Of a DNA stretch of 64,000 bases, positions 48,269 through 57,278 are shown piece by piece (within the stretch, counting starts at the first letter, position 1; each line of letters opens with the position of its first letter). The DNA lies in the NCBI GenBank assembly GCA_964543815.1, contig CAZIZG010000007.1, positions 2,781 to 66,780 of the forward strand, written 5' to 3'. The notes beneath the pieces were generated by a model that saw only the letters and a list, made by a program, of their open reading frames with translations, did no database searches and was not told the origin of the DNA. Made by a program: the position numbers and the translations under genes. Origin of the DNA: an uncultured Bdellovibrionales bacterium. Lineage in GTDB: Bacteria > Patescibacteriota > Minisyncoccia > Moranbacterales > UBA1568.

Positions 48269-48817
48269 GTGAGACGACGACGCCACAATCGACCGAAGCC
48301 AAAGGTGCAGGTCAAAGAACACGCCCGAATCAACGAGAAAATCCTCGTTCCTCAAGTAATGGTCATCAACCAAAACGGCGAGAACCTCGGAGTGATGGAT
48401 ACTGCTGCTGCCATTGTGCTTGCTCAGGAACAGGAGGCCGACCTCGTTGAGGTCTCCCCTCTTGCCAAACCGCCAGTCTGCAAGATTACCGATTACGGTA
48501 AACTCCAGTACAAGGCTGCCAAGCAAGAGCAGCAACAGAAGGCCAAGCAAAAAAAGGTGGAGACCAAAGGTATCCGCATCGGTTTCCGGACAGACAAACA
48601 CGATCTTCTTTTCAAAAAGACTCAGGCTGAAAAATTTCTCACCAAGGGCAACAAAGTCCGTCTCGAAATTGTCCTTCGCGGACGAGAAAAGGCCATGCAG
48701 GACAAGGCCAAGGAAAACTTAAACGCCTTTCTCCAAAGCATCACTGTCCCTCATCGCTTTGAAGAAGAAATAAAGCGTGGTCCTATGGGATTCAATGCCC
48801 TCATCGTTCCAGAATAA
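48269..48817 (+). CDS. infC: translation initiation factor IF-3
   Basis: RINEKI, DLVEVSP.AKPPVCKITDYGK, FLTKGNKV...RGRE; no ATG start (GTG 48269 or ATT 48251). Confidence 0.95.
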   Translation: MRRRRHNRPKPKVQVKEHARINEKILVPQVMVINQNGENLGVMDTAAAIVLAQEQEADLVEVSPLAKPPVCKITDYGKLQYKAAKQEQQQKAKQKKVETKGIRIGFRTDKHDLLFKKTQAEKFLTKGNKVRLEIVLRGREKAMQDKAKENLNAFLQSITVPHRFEEEIKRGPMGFNALIVPE

Positions 48818-48844
48818 TATCCATCATCATCTAAGAGACATCTT

Positions 48845-49045
48845 ATGCCAAAACTTAAAACCAGGAAGTCAGTCGTTAAAAAAGTAAAGATTACTGGGAG
48901 CGGAAAGCTCAAAACTCGCGCCTCTGGTCAGAATCACTACAATTCACGTAATACCGGTGATGAGACTCGTGCTAAACGCAAAGACAGCGATGTCTACCCA
49001 GCGGTTGCCAAAAACATCAAAGCCTCCCTGCCTTACTCGTTCTAA
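48845..49045 (+). CDS. rpmI: 50S ribosomal protein L35
   Basis: MPKLKTRKSV.K..KITGSGK; infC-rpmI-rplT synteny. Confidence 0.96.
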   Translation: MPKLKTRKSVVKKVKITGSGKLKTRASGQNHYNSRNTGDETRAKRKDSDVYPAVAKNIKASLPYSF

Positions 49046-49114
49046 CGAATAGATTGTAGCAAAGCAGTCAGTATATTACTCAATCACAGTTAACTCACCC
49101 TCAGTTTCACCTCT

Positions 49115-49459
49115 ATGACGAGAATCAAGCGTGGTGTCATGACCAAGAAGCGCCACAAAAATATCCTCAAAGCAGCCAAAGGCTTTCGTTGGGGACGCAA
49201 GAATTTGTTTACCAAGGCTAAAGAAGCCGTTATTAAAGCCGGCAAGTATGCCCATCGTGACCGACGCGCCAAGAAACGCACGTTCCGGAGTCTCTGGATT
49301 ACCCGACTGAATACCGCTCTCAGGCTAAATGGTCTTGTTTACCGTGACTTTATTGCCCTCGAAGGCAAGAAGAACATCACCCTTGATCGCAAGGTACTCT
49401 CACAGTTGGCCGCGGAAAACCCCACCGTCTTTGCCAAATTTATTGAATCTGTAAAATAG
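49115..49459 (+). CDS. rplT: 50S ribosomal protein L20
   Basis: MTRIKRG...AKGFR...RDRRAKKR.FRSLWITRLN...LDRKVLSQLA. Confidence 0.98.
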   Translation: MTRIKRGVMTKKRHKNILKAAKGFRWGRKNLFTKAKEAVIKAGKYAHRDRRAKKRTFRSLWITRLNTALRLNGLVYRDFIALEGKKNITLDRKVLSQLAAENPTVFAKFIESVK

Positions 49460-49491
49460 AGGAAGTACTGATTCTCGTCAAAAATCGCCTC

Positions 49492-49914
49492 CTACTTTTT
49501 AGGAAGGCGGTTTTTCTTTTGAGAAAAAAGAAATAATAGCCCAACGCCGACTACTATCCCAATGCCATCAATAAGGACATCAACTATTGCCGCCCCTCGT
49601 AAAGGAACAAAAAACTGATGAAGTTCATCTGTTGCTGCATACATGAGAGAAAAGGCCGACGAGAGAACAAGAATCCGTGTCCGTGCCTCGTCTCGGAAAG
49701 ATATTCGAAAATAATGAAAGGTCAAGAGAAGCAGGACAGCATATTCAAAAATATGCGCACTCTTCCGCTCCAAAAAATACCAAAGCGGTGGCGGTCCTTC
49801 AGTCATATGGCCATTCATGGTAGAAAAAGAAAAGATTACCCCTAACCAGAGTAACCACAGGAAGAACGCTATCGGTCGAGAGGCGAAAAAATGCACCAGC
49901 AATCCCTTTGGCAT
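49492..49914 (-). CDS. VanZ family membrane protein
   Basis: RKSAHIFEYAVL, YAATDELHQFFVPLR, DVLID. Confidence 0.9.
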   Translation of the reverse strand: MPKGLLVHFFASRPIAFFLWLLWLGVIFSFSTMNGHMTEGPPPLWYFLERKSAHIFEYAVLLLLTFHYFRISFRDEARTRILVLSSAFSLMYAATDELHQFFVPLRGAAIVDVLIDGIGIVVGVGLLFLFSQKKNRLPKK

Positions 49915-50036
49915 AGAAGTACTATTTCTTGCGTTGCCCAAACTCCTCTATCAGGTGAAAAAGGGCGTAGAAGGGCAACCAAAGCCACACCGTCTTCTTG
50001 AGAAAGTTATCAATAGAACTGTTGATATTCATAGAC

Positions 50037-50765
50037 CTATTTCGCTAACGGATTGACACAGTGATCACTGATTTCATAGACCACATCTTTCTTTTCGACA
50101 ACGATTTTCCAACCGTGTTCCTCGGCGGCCGCCTTCAAATTCTGATTGGGATTAAAGGCAATAGGATGTTCCACCAGTTTGAGGAAGCCAGCATCTGACT
50201 CTGTATCGCCAATGCCATAGGAGTCCTCTAGAGTGAGCTTATGCTCAAAAAGATACTGCTCCACCAGACTTCCTTTATCACGAGAAGGTTCGAAACTCGC
50301 CTCGCCAGTATACAAACCATTTTCATCTACGGCATAGACGCTCCCGAATGAACCATCAAATTTGAGATACTGCCTATTATATTCCTCCACTACTTCAATC
50401 GGCGAACCAGAAATGACCAAGAGATGATAATTTTCTGCCCGTAGTTTTTTAATCAGGTGTTCGGCATAAATATAGGTACGCTTAGCATGAAAAGGCACAA
50501 GCATTCTACTTGCCTTGAGGACTGCCTCGCGCGAACAACCTCGGATATGCTCCGAATAAAGCTTCACTAAAGCCTTGCGGTAATCTTCGTAGGTTCCCTC
50601 GTGCGTCAACCACCCAGAGTAAATATTAGAAAGTTCGTCACGGGCTTCCCGAGGAAATACTTTCATCCAAGTCAATTCATTGATGAGTTCAAAATGGAGA
50701 TTCTTACGAAAAATCGTCCCATCAATATCAAAAATAGCAATTTTCGTTTTCTTTTTGTTCGGCAT
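50037..50765 (-). CDS. HAD-IB family hydrolase (SerB-like)
   Basis: FDIDGT, ISGS, K, YGIGDTESD, AFNP. Confidence 0.92.
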   Translation of the reverse strand: MPNKKKTKIAIFDIDGTIFRKNLHFELINELTWMKVFPREARDELSNIYSGWLTHEGTYEDYRKALVKLYSEHIRGCSREAVLKASRMLVPFHAKRTYIYAEHLIKKLRAENYHLLVISGSPIEVVEEYNRQYLKFDGSFGSVYAVDENGLYTGEASFEPSRDKGSLVEQYLFEHKLTLEDSYGIGDTESDAGFLKLVEHPIAFNPNQNLKAAAEEHGWKIVVEKKDVVYEISDHCVNPLAK

Positions 50766-50785
50766 ATCATTCTTTCATTTATGAT

Positions 50786-51295
50786 TCATCGCTCTTTCAT
50801 TGTACTCATAATCTGATAGAGAGCAATCCCGGTAGCCACAGAAACATTGAGCGAGTTTTTTTCTCCCCGCATCGGAATCTCAAGGATAACATCACATTGT
50901 TTCAATATTTTCTCTTCTACTCCACCTACCTCATTTCCAACAATGAGTGCTATCTTTTCTGAGGACTGATATGTTCGGTAGTCAATACTCGTTTTGGCTT
51001 GTTCTAAAGCCACAATCACATACCCCTCCTTTCGGAGGCGAGTCATGAGGCGAGTAATAGAAGCAACCTTTCGCCACGGCATCATCCGTTCAGCCCCAAG
51101 CGCTGTTTTTCGGAGCGCCTTGTCGGCATCAGTGAGATAGATTGCATCGTCTTTTGGAGGATGAGGAGTATAGCCGGCAAGAATAACTTCGCTCACTCCT
51201 GCCCCATCAGCCGTACGAAACATCGAACCTACATTATGAGCACTCCGAATATTATGCAAGACCAAAACCACTTTTCTAGAATTATCGCGTACCAT
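50786..51295 (-). CDS. TrmH/SpoU family RNA methyltransferase
   Basis: NIRSAHNVGSMFRTAD, GNEVGG, IPMRGEKNSLNVSVA. Confidence 0.94.
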   Translation of the reverse strand: MVRDNSRKVVLVLHNIRSAHNVGSMFRTADGAGVSEVILAGYTPHPPKDDAIYLTDADKALRKTALGAERMMPWRKVASITRLMTRLRKEGYVIVALEQAKTSIDYRTYQSSEKIALIVGNEVGGVEEKILKQCDVILEIPMRGEKNSLNVSVATGIALYQIMSTMKER

Positions 51296-52301
51296 ACTGT
51301 TCAAACAATTGTTTCCCCGTCTCCCAGATTGCTGAATACTCTTTTTTCGTCTTCATCCAATACCACCACTCTCCACCCCAAAGATAAATGTCATGAAACC
51401 CCACCTGTCTCGCATAATCAACATTCTCCTGAAGTTTGGTTTCATTCATCGTTATAAACTGTTCCTCTAGTGGCACATTGGCCACCCAACCACTGGCCCA
51501 CGGCTCAGCCTGTAATTCGATAACGGAGAGATTCCGCTGATGAGCAAACGTCCGAACTATCCACGCTTTAAAACGGAAAAAATTAGGACCAATCGGGTAG
51601 GTGAAATAACCGCCTGCTTTCTGACTGTAGATATCCCTGTAGAGGGTTGTCCCAAAAGCGTCCCCTCGGCTGGCGGCGCCATACCAGAGTGAGAGTTCAC
51701 CGCTATCAGTGAGGAGAACCGGACGTGAAGGATCAAGACTTTTCGTCAACGCTATTTCTTGTTCCAAGAACTGAACATCGAAATCTGGACAGATACCGAA
51801 TGGCAAAAACGGTTCATTTTCAATTTGCCAAGTAGTGATGGCCGGAACATTTTTGTAACGCTCAATTGTCTTCTCAAGAAACCGCAACACACCCTGTCTC
51901 CGTAACTGTTCATCTTCCTTTGCCCAATCCGGAATATGACACTCCGGCCAACGAGGCACCTTCAATCCCATAGTAAGAATCACCGTCGCTCCCCGCTTCC
52001 CAGCTTCCTCTATCTGCCAATCCAAGTCTGCATAATCATATTCCCCCTTTTGTTTTTCTATGAGATCCCAATAGGCTGGTAAACGCCATTCACGAATCTT
52101 CATGTCATCGAGGAGCGCCAGATATGTTTCATGCCAATCAAGTCCCAGCCCCTCTGCGTAGCGTGACGAGAATGTCATCCCGAGTACCACATCTTCACGG
52201 GGCGCTGGTCCCGGCAGATTGAAATACCCAAAAAGTACAGCTACTGACAAGAGCATCACCACTACCACGGTGCCGAGGTATTTAAGGATTTTTTTTACCA
52301 T
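51282..52301 (-). CDS. membrane-anchored clan GH-A glycoside hydrolase-like protein
   Basis: N-terminal TM; RLPAYW..IE...G.YD...LD; WQIENEP (acid/base Glu); IELQAEPW (nucleophile region). Confidence 0.75.
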   Translation of the reverse strand: MVKKILKYLGTVVVVMLLSVAVLFGYFNLPGPAPREDVVLGMTFSSRYAEGLGLDWHETYLALLDDMKIREWRLPAYWDLIEKQKGEYDYADLDWQIEEAGKRGATVILTMGLKVPRWPECHIPDWAKEDEQLRRQGVLRFLEKTIERYKNVPAITTWQIENEPFLPFGICPDFDVQFLEQEIALTKSLDPSRPVLLTDSGELSLWYGAASRGDAFGTTLYRDIYSQKAGGYFTYPIGPNFFRFKAWIVRTFAHQRNLSVIELQAEPWASGWVANVPLEEQFITMNETKLQENVDYARQVGFHDIYLWGGEWWYWMKTKKEYSAIWETGKQLFEQYGTR

Positions 52302-52310
52302 AATACTCTA

Positions 52311-53249
52311 CTATACAATACTGAGCGGTACCCCGCTCAAAGTCGCCAACCACAATCCGAGTCCGATAATAATAACCGCTGTTACTTTCTGAAACCAATC
52401 CCAGAAAAAAAGACGCTCACCAAAAACTGCCGGGTAGCGAAGCGAGAGAGGTAGAGTCATGAGAAGAAGAAAGACGTATTGCATTCCAGAAACAGCCTGC
52501 ACAAATGACACTGAACCGAGATAAGTAGCATACGAAATCAGAATGGTAGCCAATCCGGCAGTCGATTTATTGAGAACAAAAAGTATCCCCGTACTCGCCG
52601 CTCGTTTGCTCTGTCTACCAAAACCATGAAACTGAGCAAAAATTTGTTGTCGAAAAAGTGGTACCAAAAGAAGCGATAGTCCCGCCAGTACCATTCCAAT
52701 ACGTGACCATACTAAACCGCTGACAAAATTCGAATGAGCGTAACCATTTTTTAATAATACAAATGAAAATCCGATGCAAATTCCGGCAATCACCACATAA
52801 CGGGATATGTGCTCTCCGCGACGAAGTGGGAGATCAAAAGATATAAGAAGACCACCAAGGATTAAAAGCATGAGGGCTATGATGTACCATGTATCAACAT
52901 TTGATTCACCAGGTGCCCCTGGAAAAAATACCACTAGAAATGCCACCAATGAGGTAATAGTTCCCACCAGCGGCGACACCCGAGAAATTTCATGTTGCTT
53001 CATCGCCGTATAGAATGCCACCAGACCATATACAAAGAGTAGTCCAGAAAATAAAAAAAGTACTGTTGTCTCAAAATCAAGAACACGGAAACCAAAAGGA
53101 GCAAAACCGAGACCAAAAAGACTAAAGAGGGCAACAAAAAACGCATACACGGCTGGAGTTGGTATACGATCAGAGAGGAGGTATTTATCAAAAACTGCCG
53201 AAACAGCATTAAAAAAATATCCCAATAATGCAACAAGCGCCCATGTCAT
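52311..53249 (-). CDS. EamA/DMT-like membrane protein
   Basis: About 10 TM; ..VFDKYLL, EISRVSPL, VSFVQA; two-fold repeat organisation. Confidence 0.75.
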   Translation of the reverse strand: MTWALVALLGYFFNAVSAVFDKYLLSDRIPTPAVYAFFVALFSLFGLGFAPFGFRVLDFETTVLFLFSGLLFVYGLVAFYTAMKQHEISRVSPLVGTITSLVAFLVVFFPGAPGESNVDTWYIIALMLLILGGLLISFDLPLRRGEHISRYVVIAGICIGFSFVLLKNGYAHSNFVSGLVWSRIGMVLAGLSLLLVPLFRQQIFAQFHGFGRQSKRAASTGILFVLNKSTAGLATILISYATYLGSVSFVQAVSGMQYVFLLLMTLPLSLRYPAVFGERLFFWDWFQKVTAVIIIGLGLWLATLSGVPLSIV

Positions 53250-53301
53250 AGAGAAAACTTTATGTTTGTTTTTTCATTATACCATCAGGGATGATATATC
53301 T

Positions 53302-54054
53302 TTAATTCTCTACCACCTTTTGGTAATAAAGATCAACATCAGCTATCCATTTTCGGACACTTTCTGGACTATGAGTAGCACAGCTGGAACCGCATTTCCA
53401 AATAATCAGATTTTTTGGCTCACTGGTTTTTCTCTGTGCTACCAGCTCTGCAATACGATTTCCAACAGCATGAACCGCCTCTTCTGGAGTCCCGAAACAA
53501 CCATGCCCCATAGCGGTACCCCGACTCCCCGCCCCCTTGAATCCCCAATAGTTGAAGCAGTCAGCCCCGTCAATCGATCGGGGGACACGTTTTCCCCAAT
53601 TACTTTCCTTTTTAGCGATACCCACAATTAAGGCTGCTACGCTCCTGTCATACTCTGCAATAGTAGGAGCCATGATTTCGATAGGATAACCAGCTGCCAA
53701 CTCTGTGATTCGACGTACCAGCGCCTCATCCTGATTCGTTGTTGCCTTCCCGTTATCTGCCACCTTGTCTTTCTTAGTAATTTCAGCACACGGTATCATC
53801 TCGCCATCTTTCTTTTTTTCATTTTGAAGCTCACTAAAGAATGAAAAATCCCTCTGCCAACGGCAGACTTCGTCAGAACTCACCGGTACCGCCTCGGTCA
53901 CTTTTTCAGTCTCCGAAGCCAAATCGGTAGTAAGATTTTTTGGATGAAGTGTTGGTAAATTTGGAAAGACAGTACTGCCACTGAGCACTAGTATTGTCAA
54001 CGAAGAAAAGCCTTTTTTGCTAAAAAAGGAAAGAAGATGCCAGTACCGCTTCAG
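53302..54054 (-). CDS. exported protein with a C-terminal lysozyme-like (GH73/glucosaminidase-like) domain, paralog 1
   Basis: IAKKESNWGKR...DCFNYWGF; start uncertain (CTG at 54054, 10 nt after AGGAGG; the track starts at 54120). Confidence 0.7.
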   Translation of the reverse strand: MKRYWHLLSFFSKKGFSSLTILVLSGSTVFPNLPTLHPKNLTTDLASETEKVTEAVPVSSDEVCRWQRDFSFFSELQNEKKKDGEMIPCAEITKKDKVADNGKATTNQDEALVRRITELAAGYPIEIMAPTIAEYDRSVAALIVGIAKKESNWGKRVPRSIDGADCFNYWGFKGAGSRGTAMGHGCFGTPEEAVHAVGNRIAELVAQRKTSEPKNLIIWKCGSSCATHSPESVRKWIADVDLYYQKVVEN

Positions 54055-54214
54055 TTGTGATAGTCCTCCTCTGATACTACCTCGCCTGAAAGAATCACCC
54101 ATAGAGTGACCGTCTATCATCCGCAGTCTCTTGAGACCTACAGTCCTCCCAGACAGTAAGAAAATTCATTACGAACGTACTGTTGAAGATAGCAAATTTT
54201 GGTGTATTCGTCAA
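54055..54214 (-). promoter_or_regulatory. promoter TTGACG-17-TATCTT plus a ~125-nt structured 5' leader
   Basis: -35 at 54214-54209, -10 at 54191-54186; several stems in the leader (see findings). Confidence 0.55.
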
Positions 54215-54384
54215 TGAAGAAAGAGCCTTATTTAATTAATTTATTGGCTTATTTAAAGCAAAATAATTCAAGAATCGCTTCTTACAAGGTTAAAATTTTA
54301 CCTTAGATAAGGGAAAAAACGAACAAAATAAAAAAGGCCACTTCTAGTGTATTGAAATGGCTTATTTAAAGCAAAATATTACAT

Positions 54385-55341
54385 CTATTCATCAGACAGC
54401 TGCGAGAAATACATATCTACGTCACTAATCCATTTCTTGACGCTTTCTCGGCTATGCCCCTGACAACTGAAGCCGCATTTCCACACAATCATCTTTTCGG
54501 GCGTATCAAGTTTCTCTGATTGAATCAGTCTTTCCAGGCGATGAGCTACTGTTTCCACGGCATCCTTACGGCTATTGAAACAGGTATGACCACCCGTTCC
54601 CATCATCCGGCGCACCCCGCGATACCCCCAATAATTAAAGCAGTCTTGCCCCTCAAGAACCGGGATACGTTTTCCCCAATTACTTTCTTTTTTTCCGATG
54701 CCAATAAGAAAGGCGGCCGTCAACCGATCTTGCTCGAAAATATATGGGAGCATCGCTTCGATAGGATACCCCTTTACCATTTCACGGATACTTTCCTCGT
54801 ACTTCTCCTTAGTTACCTGACCAAAATATTCAAAAAATACGTCCTGATCAGGATTATATTCTTGAGTAGGGGTCAATGTTCTTTCATTATTGAGGCTTTC
54901 AGTAGGAGTTATATTCACTACTGGCGCAGTCTCTGAACGAGCAAAGACTCCTGGGCCAAAAGCATGCTCAATAAAGGCCATACTGACCATTCCAAAGGCA
55001 ATGCCGCTCATAATAGATGCATAGAGCATTTTATGAGGACTAAAAGCTGGAAGCACTCGAGCTAACAGACGACGTACTCGCCGCCTATACAGTTGACCAC
55101 GTCGCACCAAACGCATACCTATACTACTCCAGGTCTGCTCCTGTAATTCGAGAAGCAGGCTGTGACGTTCGGTACGTATACCATCTAAGCCTTTTTGTGA
55201 GGAGCTTATAGTAGCGGCCGGCAATCTCACTCGAGACGTTGGGGTCACTATCTTCCGGTTCGACACCGGGGCGATATCCATAGCGGGTGCTTTTCTTCGA
55301 ACGTGCTCAGCAAGCGATGATTCCAAAGAATAGGCTTTCAT
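54385..55341 (-). CDS. membrane-anchored protein with a C-terminal lysozyme-like domain, paralog 2
   Basis: TM helix, then GYPIE...IGKKESNWGKR...DCFNYWGY...WKCG.SC..HS.ESV.KWI.DVD.Y shared with 53302. Confidence 0.75.
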   Translation of the reverse strand: MKAYSLESSLAEHVRRKAPAMDIAPVSNRKIVTPTSRVRLPAATISSSQKGLDGIRTERHSLLLELQEQTWSSIGMRLVRRGQLYRRRVRRLLARVLPAFSPHKMLYASIMSGIAFGMVSMAFIEHAFGPGVFARSETAPVVNITPTESLNNERTLTPTQEYNPDQDVFFEYFGQVTKEKYEESIREMVKGYPIEAMLPYIFEQDRLTAAFLIGIGKKESNWGKRIPVLEGQDCFNYWGYRGVRRMMGTGGHTCFNSRKDAVETVAHRLERLIQSEKLDTPEKMIVWKCGFSCQGHSRESVKKWISDVDMYFSQLSDE

Positions 55342-55370
55342 GTTTTTTTCTAGAGATTTCCCAAAGGAAA

Positions 55371-56195
55371 TTACCTTTCCAGTTTATCATGATTTTTTTT
55401 ACGGAGCCAGAGAAAAAGTAACCCACCAGAAAATACCATGAGCAACGAAAGAACTTGGCCTCGAGTAAACAAAGAAAAAAGTAACGCTATACCTGGGTCA
55501 GGTTCACGAAAAAATTCTACTAAACAACGTAACACACCGTAGAGAACAAGAAAAAGCGCGCTCAATTGACCGTTTTTTAATCTTTTTTTTGCTAAGAAAA
55601 GCAAGCAAAAAAGTACCATGCCCTCAAGCAAGGCTTCATAAAGTGTCGACGGGTGCCGTAAGATGACGTCGAACGGAAAGTACATACCCCATGGCAATGT
55701 CGTAATCCGTCCCGGCAGTTCTCCATTAAGAAAATTCCCTATCCGACCAAAAAAAAGAGCGAGTGGCGCCGCAAGAGCGATACTATCAGCCAATACCAAA
55801 AAATTCGCCCTTCTCGACCACGAAAAATACCCTAACGCTGCGAGTGCTCCGATAAGCCCACCGTGAAAACTCATTCCCGAAACCCCTACCCAATTTCCAC
55901 TAGCATCAAGTGGTGAAAAAAATAATACTAGTTGTTCCGAAGAGAGAAGCGGTTGGTACAGAAGCAAAAATCCGACATGACCACCAAAGAGTGCCCCGAA
56001 AAATAAAATCAAATAGAGGTCAACAATTTCCGAACGCTCCATTAAATGATTACTTCCCTGAAAAAAAAGAGTATACCAAAGAGCAGAGATAAAACCGGCC
56101 AGCCAACAAAGAGCATACCAGCGAATCGAAAAAAAACCGACCTGAAAAGCAATCGGGTCGATATATTCCGGCAAATGTTGCCACCACGCCATCAT
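55371..56195 (-). CDS. lgt: prolipoprotein diacylglyceryl transferase
   Basis: IRWYA, GMSFHGG, GRIGNFLNGEL.GR, RHPS.LYEA, EFFREPD. Confidence 0.96.
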   Translation of the reverse strand: MMAWWQHLPEYIDPIAFQVGFFSIRWYALCWLAGFISALWYTLFFQGSNHLMERSEIVDLYLILFFGALFGGHVGFLLLYQPLLSSEQLVLFFSPLDASGNWVGVSGMSFHGGLIGALAALGYFSWSRRANFLVLADSIALAAPLALFFGRIGNFLNGELPGRITTLPWGMYFPFDVILRHPSTLYEALLEGMVLFCLLFLAKKRLKNGQLSALFLVLYGVLRCLVEFFREPDPGIALLFSLFTRGQVLSLLMVFSGGLLFLWLRKKNHDKLER

Positions 56196-56197
56196 AC

Positions 56198-57256
56198 TTA
56201 CTCGTTATACTCCTTGAGCTGATCTCGAAATTCGATACTGTATATCTCGGAAAGGGCCATGAAGAGAGAAACGATAATCGGACCAATAATAAAGCCGGGT
56301 AAGCCAAAAAATGCAATACCTCCGAGTGTAGCAAAGAAAATAAGTAGTGGGTGCATCTGCGTATCCTTACCAACCAATTTCGGACGAAGGATATTATCAA
56401 TAACCGAAATGACTCCAATCCCCACTGCCAAAATAAACACGCCCTGCCAAACATCACCAAGAAGGATAAGGACGAGGCCAGCCGGCAACCAGACGATGGT
56501 TGAACCAATCATCGGAATAATAGAGAGAAGAATCATAATAAGACCCCAGATAGCCGGTGATGGCACTCCGGCGACCCAGAAAGCGATACCTCCGAGGAGT
56601 CCCTGAATAGCACCGATGACGAGCGTTCCCTTGAGGGTGGCCCGACTGATTGAGATGAATTTAGCGATGAGGAGTTCGTCATGCTCATTTTTGAGCGGAG
56701 AGAGCTGCATAAACGAACGAAGTGTCTTCTTGCCATCCATGAGGAAGTAGAAGAGGGTAAAGAACATGATGAACACCCAGAAAATAAAGTGAGTGATACC
56801 CTGATACGCTGCCTGAAGAAGCCCTAGGGCGTTTTGGCTAAACTGCTTGATATCATCAATAATCTGTGCCTGATCAAAAGCGGCTGTATCAAAAAGAACT
56901 CCCGCATACGGAGCAGACTGAATAGCGCCGAGAATCTTACTAATCGATGTCTGGAGTACTGACTCCTGTGCGAGCATACGATAGAGATTCCCCGCCTCAC
57001 TGACTGCGAGACTGAGAACGAGGAAAAGCGGCGTAATGATGATAATAATCACCAGAAGACAGGTGAGAAACGAGCTTACTCCACGGCGTCCACGAGTAAG
57101 TCGCTCGAGAAAATGATACGGCCGTTTAAAGAGAGCAGCCAGGATAGCGGCTGCCACGATGGCGGTCAAGAATGGCTGAAAAATAAAAAAGACAAACATC
57201 GCCACCGCGAGAAAAACAAAGAAGAAAAAGAAAACGTTAAGTGATTTGAGTTGCAT
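56198..57256 (-). CDS. AI-2E family transporter
   Basis: IPMIGS..VWLP, IDNILRPKLVG...MHPL...GG...FG..GFIIGP. Confidence 0.93.
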   Translation of the reverse strand: MQLKSLNVFFFFFVFLAVAMFVFFIFQPFLTAIVAAAILAALFKRPYHFLERLTRGRRGVSSFLTCLLVIIIIITPLFLVLSLAVSEAGNLYRMLAQESVLQTSISKILGAIQSAPYAGVLFDTAAFDQAQIIDDIKQFSQNALGLLQAAYQGITHFIFWVFIMFFTLFYFLMDGKKTLRSFMQLSPLKNEHDELLIAKFISISRATLKGTLVIGAIQGLLGGIAFWVAGVPSPAIWGLIMILLSIIPMIGSTIVWLPAGLVLILLGDVWQGVFILAVGIGVISVIDNILRPKLVGKDTQMHPLLIFFATLGGIAFFGLPGFIIGPIIVSLFMALSEIYSIEFRDQLKEYNE

Positions 57257-57278
57257 ATGTTTAAAATGCTTCTAAGTC

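Noticed and set aside
54055-54180. c-di-AMP (ydaO) riboswitch
   Set aside because: The gene context fits, but I could not find the ydaO consensus segments; kept only as an unclassified leader.
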